From the sequence record MF360958.1: a DNA stretch of 64,000 nucleotides; one strand, written 5' to 3'. The position numbers and the translations under genes were made by a program. Each line of letters starts with the position of its first letter. The stretch's first letter is position 1. Positions 28,753-37,286 of the stretch are shown one piece after another. The notes beneath the pieces were generated by a model, which saw nothing but the letters and a program-made list of their open reading frames with translations, did not search any database and had not been told where the DNA came from.

Positions 28753-28758
28753 TAGTTA

Positions 28759-28788
28759 TTGACAAAATAGTATAATTTTTAGTACAAT
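28759..28788 (+). promoter_or_regulatory. Early promoter TTGACA-N18-TACAAT
   Basis: Near-identical to the promoter at 29077-29106. Confidence 0.7.
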
Positions 28789-28816
28789 GTTATTAATTCG
28801 TTAACAGGAGATAACT

Positions 28817-29080
28817 ATGAATGTTATAAAAACAGTTGCTATTGATATTTTTTTAGAAGATACAGACCGAGATGAATCAGAACTGAAAAGAGAAATTAAT
28901 CGTATTAATTCTCAATACCATGACATTGATGATTCTCTACAGTTTGAACCAGACAAAACATATATGTGTTTAGGACAAGTTGGAATAGGGGATGAGATTG
29001 TGCTTGTGTCTAATACTGGTCGAGTCTTTAAACTTCCTTATGAGGAACATTATATTATTCATCATTGGACTTTTTATTGA
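28817..29080 (+). CDS. Hypothetical protein, tandem duplicate 2
   Basis: Paralog of 28504-28752 with the same AATTCGTTAACAGGAGATAA leader. Confidence 0.8.
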   Translation: MNVIKTVAIDIFLEDTDRDESELKREINRINSQYHDIDDSLQFEPDKTYMCLGQVGIGDEIVLVSNTGRVFKLPYEEHYIIHHWTFY

Positions 29081-29106
29081 CAAAATAGTATAAATTTTAG
29101 TATAAT
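29077..29106 (+). promoter_or_regulatory. Early promoter TTGACA-N18-TATAAT
   Basis: Consensus hexamers. Confidence 0.75.
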
Positions 29107-29135
29107 TAGTTAAACCATAAACAGGAGATAGTAAA

Positions 29136-29621
29136 ATGCATATTGATCAACTTATCGAAACACTGAGTAACAGTACACGTCAAAGCCCTGAGATGAAATT
29201 TGTTATTGACTATCTTGAAGGTCAAAAATCTCAAGGTATTGGTGAAATGAGTGATGGTAAAGTTCTTGAAGTTATGAACTATGTAGCCAATCTTCAAGAA
29301 CAAACTAACATCAAACGTGTGAATGAAAGTTCGCAAGAAGTTAGTCATCATATTGCAAAACTTAAAGATCTTTCTGCGGATGATGTTCTTACAGGTTTCA
29401 TTCGAACAACACGCAAAACCGCTATTAGCTGTCTTCAACAGCAAATTGATAGTGATCAAGCTGATGGAAAATCCACTGAAATGAAGGAAGTTATTAAATA
29501 TGATCTGGAACTGGAAGAAAAGATTAGCAATCTTCCTTCCAAAGCTAAGCAAGAAATGCTTTCAGATTATGGTCATAAGCTTTTCGACGGTTTTCCATAT
29601 CAAGATAATCAGGAAAAATAA
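29136..29621 (+). CDS. Hypothetical early protein
   Basis: AGGAG RBS, own promoter, 161 aa. Confidence 0.75.
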   Translation: MHIDQLIETLSNSTRQSPEMKFVIDYLEGQKSQGIGEMSDGKVLEVMNYVANLQEQTNIKRVNESSQEVSHHIAKLKDLSADDVLTGFIRTTRKTAISCLQQQIDSDQADGKSTEMKEVIKYDLELEEKISNLPSKAKQEMLSDYGHKLFDGFPYQDNQEK

Positions 29622-29685
29622 TTAAAACTATTTACAAGGATGTAAATTTTTAGTATAATATTTGAATCGTTTGGAGGAAATAATT

Positions 29686-29913
29686 ATGGCAAAAATATCA
29701 ACAGTTGATGAACTCAAAAAAGCTCTTGAACAATATGATGACGACCTTCCTGTAGGGGGTGTCGGTCATTTTAATGAACTTCTTGAGTTTGATATTCAAG
29801 GTTTACGATATGCATATACTAATGATTGGAAACAACATCTTAAAGGCAAAGACACTAAGTCTTTTAAAATTCTTGAACTTTATATTGAAGATGCAGGGCC
29901 TGATCCAGATTGA
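29686..29913 (+). CDS. Hypothetical early protein (start ATG 29686)
   Basis: GGAGG RBS; TTTACA-N17-TATAAT at 29631-29659. Confidence 0.7.
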   Translation: MAKISTVDELKKALEQYDDDLPVGGVGHFNELLEFDIQGLRYAYTNDWKQHLKGKDTKSFKILELYIEDAGPDPD

Positions 29914-29930
29914 GGGAATTATCCCTCAAT
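29909..29930. terminator. Hairpin between convergent genes
   Basis: ATTGAGGGA-ATTA-TCCCTCAAT. Confidence 0.55.
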
Positions 29931-29992
29931 ATATTTTTTCGATTAATCTAAGAAAATGGATTTTTTATATCTTCTATTAACATTATTGAACC

Positions 29993-32077
29993 TTAATAAA
30001 CTGGTAGTGGCGGAACATAATCATCATCTTCGTCATCATCCCCATTACCTGTAATCCCCAACTGATCCATAAATTCATCATCTTCTTTCATCGTTTCCAT
30101 AGCCATTCGTATACAAATTACCATAGCCATAACCAAATCATCATGTTCACCCGTAGATGCCGCATACGTATTCCCACGACGAACAAAATGTTGCATTTGC
30201 TCAAGCAAAGGACGACTGCTAACTTCTAGTTTTTCGTTCTCAACCCAACTCTTTAAACGCATACAAGCAGTATGTTTACTTTCCTTGTTGGTATTATAAC
30301 CTTTACGGAAACGATTTCTTTGCCCCTTGCGCATTGGATTGTAGGGTTCACTCATAAAGTATCCAAAGAAATTGTCTTCACCGTACTCATCAATCAATAC
30401 CAATGGCGCTTCACCAACTGTATTGTTTTCAAGCGTCCAACGAACATTGTCTTCCTCAAATCCAGCTTCTTCAAACATATCCAATATACGTCTAAGTATC
30501 TTCAACTGTTCAGGCACATCACTTTTATTGTGCATCCATTCACCAACCTGAACCATTGTGGGGAATTCAAAAATTTGTATTGCAGAATAATCACCACCTG
30601 TACCCAAACTTGGATCATAACCAATCAGGTAAATATAATCCTTACTTAGTTCTTTGTACCAACGTATTTCGCCCTTACTTTTAGCAATTGGACTTTTCGT
30701 TTCAAGATTAGCCAGCTTTACCGCATTAATGAGTGTTTCTTCTTCTGATATGAATTCTAATTCATGCTCACGTAAGAAATATTCTTCACCGAACTGTCTA
30801 ATCTGATCGTATTTGTATTCTTCATCACGTTCAGGATGTTCATCCCATTTTACCTTCAATGCTTTAAAACCATTCACTCCAACTTCCATATCATTGCCAT
30901 AATCATCAATGGTCTTGTTCGCCAACTTCCACATGTTTGCAAATAGTGTATCATCGGTAGTAGGTGTGGTGGTGATAATACATTTACCACCTGTATTACT
31001 ACCTAAAATACCATTTTGTAAGAATGTATGGGTATGAGGAACCGTGAAATCATATGTAAAGTCTTGATAAGATTTTTCAATACGAGTTATTGTTAACCAT
31101 TGTGTTTCATACTTTTGATTACACTTAAATATTTGAATAGCTTGTTTATTCACACGATATTCATAGTTGAAATTGTTCAACATTTGAACAAATATACTTA
31201 ATGCATGTTCGTTCCATTTTGGAATAATATAACCGCGTGTTTCGATAAATCGATCCAAAGTACGTCTGGTTATGTTCATATAATACTCTGGATTGTTTTC
31301 AAAGTTACGATCTATATCATGAGGACTGACTTCAAGATCCCCTTCAATATTCATACCACGATCAATACGTAAGAACATTCCTGTGTTTAACTGTTCAGCA
31401 GGAATCATTCGTGCATTATCATTAATGTTTCTTCGACTGTATAAAGGATGATCAGGCGTAACTTCAACAATTTGACCATTTTCTAATCGTATTCGATATG
31501 TTTCAGAGGCAGGTGAAACATAACCATGAGAAACATCTTCGATACCACGTTTACCCCAAACCTTGAGATTATCAATCTCGAAATATTCACCAATAGAACG
31601 ATTTTCAAAATAATTGTCTATCTTTTCAAAACCATTGTCGGTCAGAATAATCGTGCCCGGAGCCAAGCATGAAATAGTAGGATAAATGGATGCCCAAAAC
31701 TTTGTCGCAATATTCTTACGGACGAAAGCAAATTCGTCACACTGAGATACATTCCCGCCATTGGCGTATATAGTATTTGAATCGGATTCGTATATATCAT
31801 ACGTATCTTCTAAGAAATCGTATTTTATAGAAGATATCTTTTCATAACCATTGATTGTTTCTATATATTGACCAACGGAAAGATTATAAGCAGGAATTTT
31901 TTCATTATTAATAATGAATTCGTGATCGGTAGTACAATGTATTTCACGATTGGTTTCAGTAGTAATGCGATAGGTATGTTTGTTACTGGATGGATTTTTA
32001 ATAACACCTTTAAAATTCTCCCAACCGTGTTGAGTCTCGATTTCGTATTTGTCATTTTCAATAAAAAACTGATTCAT
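29993..32077 (-). CDS. gp17: Large terminase, C-terminal half (Walker B to nuclease), preceded by a split-intein C-fragment and containing a second intein
   Basis: CDEFAFV Walker B, IITTTP, FLREHELEF, YLIGYDPSLGTGGDYSA, ENN..G, HDDLVMA; no Walker A half in the window; own CATAAATA promoter and GAGGG RBS. Confidence 0.9.
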   Translation of the reverse strand: MNQFFIENDKYEIETQHGWENFKGVIKNPSSNKHTYRITTETNREIHCTTDHEFIINNEKIPAYNLSVGQYIETINGYEKISSIKYDFLEDTYDIYESDSNTIYANGGNVSQCDEFAFVRKNIATKFWASIYPTISCLAPGTIILTDNGFEKIDNYFENRSIGEYFEIDNLKVWGKRGIEDVSHGYVSPASETYRIRLENGQIVEVTPDHPLYSRRNINDNARMIPAEQLNTGMFLRIDRGMNIEGDLEVSPHDIDRNFENNPEYYMNITRRTLDRFIETRGYIIPKWNEHALSIFVQMLNNFNYEYRVNKQAIQIFKCNQKYETQWLTITRIEKSYQDFTYDFTVPHTHTFLQNGILGSNTGGKCIITTTPTTDDTLFANMWKLANKTIDDYGNDMEVGVNGFKALKVKWDEHPERDEEYKYDQIRQFGEEYFLREHELEFISEEETLINAVKLANLETKSPIAKSKGEIRWYKELSKDYIYLIGYDPSLGTGGDYSAIQIFEFPTMVQVGEWMHNKSDVPEQLKILRRILDMFEEAGFEEDNVRWTLENNTVGEAPLVLIDEYGEDNFFGYFMSEPYNPMRKGQRNRFRKGYNTNKESKHTACMRLKSWVENEKLEVSSRPLLEQMQHFVRRGNTYAASTGEHDDLVMAMVICIRMAMETMKEDDEFMDQLGITGNGDDDEDDDYVPPLPVY
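30995..31669 (-). mobile_element. Contiguous intein in TerL (225 aa) with a shrunken endonuclease remnant
   Basis: Starts CLAPGT after YPTIS, block B VTPDHPL, ends YDFTVPHTHTFLQNGILGSN followed by Thr. Confidence 0.9.
31742..32077 (-). mobile_element. Intein C-fragment (112 aa) of an atypically split intein, ending in Gln
   Basis: No block A; has EIETQHGWENFKG, block B CTTDHEF, block F/G YDIYE...YANGGNVSQ followed by Cys. Confidence 0.8.
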
Positions 32078-32130
32078 AATTCCCTCATATATTTTCTTAT
32101 ATGAATATTTATGAATTATGAATCAGTTTT
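32065..32130 (-). promoter_or_regulatory. Perfect 18-bp inverted repeat covering the terL start codon, with a late promoter (32106-32113) between the arms
   Basis: AAAACTGATTCATAATTC (32065-32082) and GAATTATGAATCAGTTTT (32113-32130). Confidence 0.85.
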
Positions 32131-32160
32131 AATTATAAACTATAAGGTTTATTCTATATT

Positions 32161-33186
32161 TTAATCATTTACATATTTTTTACCTTTCTCTCTAAATTTA
32201 TAAAAAGGTTTCATTTTCTCAAGTAACCCGGCTCTTTCAAGAACTTTCATACTGGAATGACCAATATTGTTTTTATGGTCCTCATTAATAATATCGAAAA
32301 TGATATTAAATTCAGTCGAAGATTCTTGCTCTGTATAACCGGTCATAGTTAGCAATTCATTTTTAGTAATACTGCTTGAGTTGTTCTTTTTATTATTTTC
32401 TGATTTTGTTAGTAGTTGAAGATTGTTAACATCTCCTACACATATTGGGGATATGCTCTCATTCCATCCATTAACAATACTGAACATATGGTCAATTTGA
32501 TAACCATCGTCTTCATCTGTCATCTTGGAAAGTTTTTCACCTTTTGCTACGTAATCTTTTACATATTTAAGTAAGAATTCTATGATACGTTCATAACGTT
32601 GAAACGGTAGGGTCCACGATTGATGCCCATACTTTTCAGCTTTAGTCTGATTGCCTTTGACGATACTTTCCGAAGCAATTTGTTGATAACCGTTACGACC
32701 ATATTCATCTTTTTTGGAAAGATGGGTATTGCGTGTTTTCTCTCCCAACATATCATAGCGACGTTTACCGGTTTCGGGATCGACTTCATTCAACGTTTCC
32801 ATCTTTTTCTTATGAGAGACATCGTACTTGGACATATGGTTACCATTCTCATCTAAGACAGGATTGCCTTGATCGTCATACGCCATTTCTTTTAAACCAC
32901 CTGAAATCTTTTTACTGAGACATTCAGCTACTTTCCCTTTCATTTCGGGACACAGTTCATAGTATTCTTCCTGAGTGATTCCAAGTGTCTTTTCAATATG
33001 TGGTTTACGGATCTTAGTGAATCGTACTTGAGCGATAGGACAGATGATATAGTCGATATCTTCTTGAGAGTCAGGATGATAAAGACCATCCGCTTCGCGT
33101 TTACGCTGGCGTCTATCCAGTTCTTTTAATTTTTGAGATTGTGCTTGACGGATTTGGGTGATTCGTTGTATAGTATTCTCGTTCAT
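32161..33186 (-). CDS. Free-standing HNH-type homing endonuclease
   Basis: N-terminal DYIICPI...H..G.T.EEY..P zinc-finger-like part; C-terminal YQIDHMFSIVNG...NNLQLLTKSENNKK. Confidence 0.7.
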   Translation of the reverse strand: MNENTIQRITQIRQAQSQKLKELDRRQRKREADGLYHPDSQEDIDYIICPIAQVRFTKIRKPHIEKTLGITQEEYYELCPEMKGKVAECLSKKISGGLKEMAYDDQGNPVLDENGNHMSKYDVSHKKKMETLNEVDPETGKRRYDMLGEKTRNTHLSKKDEYGRNGYQQIASESIVKGNQTKAEKYGHQSWTLPFQRYERIIEFLLKYVKDYVAKGEKLSKMTDEDDGYQIDHMFSIVNGWNESISPICVGDVNNLQLLTKSENNKKNNSSSITKNELLTMTGYTEQESSTEFNIIFDIINEDHKNNIGHSSMKVLERAGLLEKMKPFYKFREKGKKYVND

Positions 33187-33340
33187 AAGGAATTTTCTCC
33201 TTCTTTTTCTTTGTGGACGTTGGTGAGACTTTCTTTATCGGGAAAGAAGCTCACCGCAATAATTGGTTGTCGCAAGTGATCCAAGCGACATATCCATTGT
33301 AGCAAAATCCCCTGTATAGTCAATGACTTGCAGGGGGTTT
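33187..33340 (-). promoter_or_regulatory. Promoter TTGACT-N16-TACAAT, structured leader of about 100 nt and SD-sequestering hairpin for the HNH gene
   Basis: -35 at 33318-33323, -10 at 33296-33301; stems 33268-33290 and 33222-33255; AAGGAG-AAAA-TTCCTT directly before ATG. Confidence 0.65.
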
Positions 33341-33416
33341 TTGTATGTATAAACATTGTATTGAAAAATAGGTATACGTTGTGGTATGATGAAAAAAACA
33401 TACTAAGGGTTATGAT

Positions 33417-34475
33417 ATGAGTACCAGCTTAGACGAATACTTTCAAAATAGTGATGAATCTACTCGCGAACAAATTCTTGAGAACATTATCTTTGAAAAT
33501 CATGGATATAGTAACCATGATTTAACAAAAATTAGTCTCAATAATTATTACATTAAAAAGATTATTGATGGTGATATTAATAATAATACGAGAGCGAGTA
33601 TTTTTGGCATTATTTCCTTAATGTTTGCATTAGGTGAAAGCCTATGTGATGAAACATGGAAAATGGTATTTGAGAAAAAGCCTCGTTGTTTAATGGTGTA
33701 TCCTCAAGCGCGTTCAAAACCGTTGAAAGATGATATTATTGAGTATGGTTTAAGAAAATATTATGAACATGGCGAAAAAGTCTTAAACTCTTTTCCAGAT
33801 AGTCATTGTATTAAAGAGATTTTTGAAATTCAGAAATCCGTTAATGATGAATTCTATAAAATCATTATTGATAATGAGCCGGATCTTATTCCATTTTTGG
33901 AAGATTTACCACAATCGATTATCGATTATTTTGTTAATCTGATGAATGACAATGGCTATGGTTATGATTTTTCAAACATTAACGACTATAGTGAAGATGT
34001 ACTTTGTGAAATCATAGAAGCATTTCCTTTTGCGTATATTCTTATTTCTAATCCTAGTGATGAAATTAATAAGATAATGATTGATCATAATATATTTTAC
34101 ATAAAAATTTTAAGAAATCAAACAGATAATTTCTATTCATACGTACTAGATAAAGAAATACGACGTGTGGATATTTTTAAAAGTTTTGTTAATCCTTCAA
34201 AAGAGGTTCAATATAAAGCTATTGGTATGAATCCCTCTTCAATATCGCATGTTAGCGATCCTGATGAACATTCTCAGCAATTAGCTATTGAATACAATCC
34301 TGAAAATATTGTGTATATAGATGCTCCTTATGAGCATATACTGTTAAAAGCGTTAAAAACTGAATGGAATGTGTCTGTATATGAGATTGTTTGTAATAAT
34401 ATCCAAAATTATAGTGATGAATTCAGGCATTACTTTAACAAGTTAAAACTGGAACGAGGCATTCCGGTAGGCTAA
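33417..34475 (+). CDS. Helical-repeat protein, KLKL-tail family member 3
   Basis: NPS.E.Q..A repeats; W...Y...FRHYFNKLKLERG; TTGAAA-N18-TATGAT promoter upstream. Confidence 0.8.
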   Translation: MSTSLDEYFQNSDESTREQILENIIFENHGYSNHDLTKISLNNYYIKKIIDGDINNNTRASIFGIISLMFALGESLCDETWKMVFEKKPRCLMVYPQARSKPLKDDIIEYGLRKYYEHGEKVLNSFPDSHCIKEIFEIQKSVNDEFYKIIIDNEPDLIPFLEDLPQSIIDYFVNLMNDNGYGYDFSNINDYSEDVLCEIIEAFPFAYILISNPSDEINKIMIDHNIFYIKILRNQTDNFYSYVLDKEIRRVDIFKSFVNPSKEVQYKAIGMNPSSISHVSDPDEHSQQLAIEYNPENIVYIDAPYEHILLKALKTEWNVSVYEIVCNNIQNYSDEFRHYFNKLKLERGIPVG

Positions 34476-34499
34476 TATTGCGACTATAAGAGAAATTAT

Positions 34500-35597
34500 A
34501 TGGAACATGATACGACACTTAACGATTATTTTTATTCTTGTGATGAAAAACAACGTGTGAGAATTCTTCATGATATTATTTTTGAAGATAACGGGTACTA
34601 CTGTGATGACCTTAGAAAGATTGATCTAAATGAACATTATATTAACAAAATTATCGAGTTTAACAGTACCGTATCCACGATAAACTTAATAACTACTGTT
34701 CCTGTAAGCAAACTGACTGACAATAATTTAAAGAATATATTCAAACATAACCATCGTTTCATAAAAGTATATTCTTATATATTTGAGAAACCGCTTTCCG
34801 AAGATGTTTTTCAATATGCATTACAATGTTCTTTCGATAATGGTGAAGTTATAGCAGATCATCCAGATCCAGATTATTTAGATAATGATATAAGGCGATT
34901 TATATCACTTCATGAACCTATTAGTGATGATTCAAAAAAGATTATTATTAAAAACAATATAGTATACTTACCATTTTTAGAAGGTTTGTCTGAATCTGTG
35001 AAAGAGTTTACATGTGGGTTTGTTAAAAATAACATAGATTCAAAATACGATTATAGAAATATCAATAAATTTTCTCAGGATGTTCAATGCGATATTGTAC
35101 GTCAATATCCCTATCTGTATGAACTAATTGATAATCCTAGCGAAGCTGTTAATCGAGAGTTGATTGAAGCAGATCCTTATTGGATTAGTGTTGTCAATAA
35201 TCAAACGGGTGATTTACAATTAAGGGCGCTGTATATACTTTATGGAAGTAATGGTATTATTGGTACGCCCATATTTTCTTTTTTCAAGAATCCTTGTAAA
35301 AATGTTCAATATGAAGCAGTACGGTTGGATCCAATTCAAATATCGTTGATTAAAGATCCAAATTATGATATGCAGAAATTAGCAGTTGAGCATAATCCAG
35401 ACTGTATTAAACATATCAAACATCCTTATGAAGATATTGCGCGTGTTGTATTAGATAGTGGTTATTGGAATGCTAGAATATATGATGTTATTAAAGATAA
35501 CATTCATCAATATAGCAATGAATTTAATCATTATTTTAATAAATTAAAGTTGAAATATGGTGATCCTAATAATTTCACAGAAAGATCTACTAAATGA
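34500..35597 (+). CDS. Helical-repeat protein, KLKL-tail family member 4
   Basis: Paralog of 33417; FNHYFNKLKLKYG. Confidence 0.8.
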   Translation: MEHDTTLNDYFYSCDEKQRVRILHDIIFEDNGYYCDDLRKIDLNEHYINKIIEFNSTVSTINLITTVPVSKLTDNNLKNIFKHNHRFIKVYSYIFEKPLSEDVFQYALQCSFDNGEVIADHPDPDYLDNDIRRFISLHEPISDDSKKIIIKNNIVYLPFLEGLSESVKEFTCGFVKNNIDSKYDYRNINKFSQDVQCDIVRQYPYLYELIDNPSEAVNRELIEADPYWISVVNNQTGDLQLRALYILYGSNGIIGTPIFSFFKNPCKNVQYEAVRLDPIQISLIKDPNYDMQKLAVEHNPDCIKHIKHPYEDIARVVLDSGYWNARIYDVIKDNIHQYSNEFNHYFNKLKLKYGDPNNFTERSTK

Positions 35598-35661
35598 TAT
35601 AGGTTGAATAAAGAAGATGAACAATGGTTCAAACATCAGGTTAACAAACAGAAATTAGAGA

Positions 35662-36783
35662 ATGAATTTTATGACTAATATAAGATTGCATAGAGAATTA
35701 ACCGAATTAAATAATTTTTTCAATAATAGCGATGTAATATTTCAACATTATTTTTTGGATAAAATTATTCACCAAATTGATAGTTATAAAGACGACCTAC
35801 TTTCATATGTTGATTTGAGTGATTATTATCAAAAACAAATAATTGATTGTAAGTTGTATAGATCAGATATATTCGCATCATTTAGTAATCTTAACGGTAT
35901 CTATATTGCGCATCATTTTAAAAATTTAACACAAGATAATATATGTTATATGATTGATAAGAATCCATTGCCTTCTTTTATCATACATCATGTTTCAATA
36001 AAAGATGAGAACGTGTTAAAATATTGTTTACAACGTTTTCTGAAATCTTCAAAAAATAGAAGTATTGAATACTGCTCTGATGGTATGTTTGAAAAAATTC
36101 TGCAACAACATTACCCTGTATCTGAAGATATACAACTATTAATTATACACTACTATCCTCGATTTATTATTCATTTTGATGTTGATGATCTCTACCCAAG
36201 TGTATTGAATAAGTTTTATGAAATCATGGGTAAAAAATCGAGTATTGATTTTCGAAATATTAATGATTATCAAGAAAATGCTTTATCTGGTATTGTCTTT
36301 CAATATCCTTTTATATATAAATTTATAAAAAATAAAACATATTTAATCAATAATTCGTTTATTCAAAATGATCCTGATAATATTCGATTCATTGATAATT
36401 CTAGTGAAGACTTACAATTAATGAGTGTTAGAATCAGTGGATGTATTACGTTAGATTATCATTGTAATTCGTTACGTCATATTAATAATCCGTCTGAAAA
36501 TGTTATATGGAAAGCTATTAAATCGAATACTAGATGTATAGAATATGCTATTAATCCTAGTTATGAAATGCAAAAATATTGTATCAAAAGAAATCCTTAT
36601 AGTATAGTTTATATCAAGAATACAATACCAGAAGATTTACAGTTAATTGCTCTGGAAAATTTATGGAATATAGAAAATTATAATCATATATTAAATAATT
36701 TAGGTCCGCACAGTGATTATTTCAATCATGAACTAAAAAAATTAAAGTTAAAAAATGGATATATTGAGGATGGTACTGAATAA
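35662..36783 (+). CDS. Helical-repeat protein, KLKL-tail family member 5
   Basis: LQLIALENLW...Y...FNHELKKLKLKNG. Confidence 0.8.
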   Translation: MNFMTNIRLHRELTELNNFFNNSDVIFQHYFLDKIIHQIDSYKDDLLSYVDLSDYYQKQIIDCKLYRSDIFASFSNLNGIYIAHHFKNLTQDNICYMIDKNPLPSFIIHHVSIKDENVLKYCLQRFLKSSKNRSIEYCSDGMFEKILQQHYPVSEDIQLLIIHYYPRFIIHFDVDDLYPSVLNKFYEIMGKKSSIDFRNINDYQENALSGIVFQYPFIYKFIKNKTYLINNSFIQNDPDNIRFIDNSSEDLQLMSVRISGCITLDYHCNSLRHINNPSENVIWKAIKSNTRCIEYAINPSYEMQKYCIKRNPYSIVYIKNTIPEDLQLIALENLWNIENYNHILNNLGPHSDYFNHELKKLKLKNGYIEDGTE

Positions 36784-37286
36784 TGAGTTACTTAGATGAT
36801 GTTATTTCTAAAACTTGCGAACTTGATGATATAAGTAAAATGGATGACGTTCCTTACGATCTTCAAATGAAGGTTGTAAAACAAAATCCTATGAATATTA
36901 AATACATTAAACATCCATGTGAAGACGCACAGTTTGAAGCTTTTAACCAAGACGTGGTTTCTTGCAGATATATTATAAATCCTACTGAAAACTTCCAAGA
37001 ACATGTTATCAGATGTGGTATGGTACGTTTGGCAAAACGTAATATGTTTTCGTTTTCTAGAAAATCATTAGAGCTTGCTTTTGAATTAGATCCACATTGC
37101 ATTCTGTTTTTTCAAAAGGGAACTTTTATGTCGGATGATTTACAGTTATATGCTATTAAAAATGGTTGGGAATTACGCCTTTATAACGCTATTATGGAAC
37201 AGTTTACTAGGAAAGATGAAGAAGCATTTCATAACGAAATTAAAAAATTGAAGATTGAATTTGGTCCTATGAAAAAATACACTTGA
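36783..37286 (+). CDS. Helical-repeat protein, KLKL-tail family member 6
   Basis: LQLYAIKNGW...Y...FHNEIKKLKIEFGP. Confidence 0.8.
   Translation: MSYLDDVISKTCELDDISKMDDVPYDLQMKVVKQNPMNIKYIKHPCEDAQFEAFNQDVVSCRYIINPTENFQEHVIRCGMVRLAKRNMFSFSRKSLELAFELDPHCILFFQKGTFMSDDLQLYAIKNGWELRLYNAIMEQFTRKDEEAFHNEIKKLKIEFGPMKKYT

Noticed and set aside
29106-29552. 148-aa minus-strand ORF
   Set aside because: Antisense to 29136-29621, which has the promoter and RBS
32080-32160. Group I intron joining the HNH region to terminase exons
   Set aside because: No P/Q/R/S core elements recognisable and no upstream terminase exon; the protein-level split intein explains the break better
33183-33401. 72-aa minus-strand ORF as the missing terminase N-half/IntN
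   Set aside because: No terminase or intein block A motif; it overlaps two promoters and the structured leader
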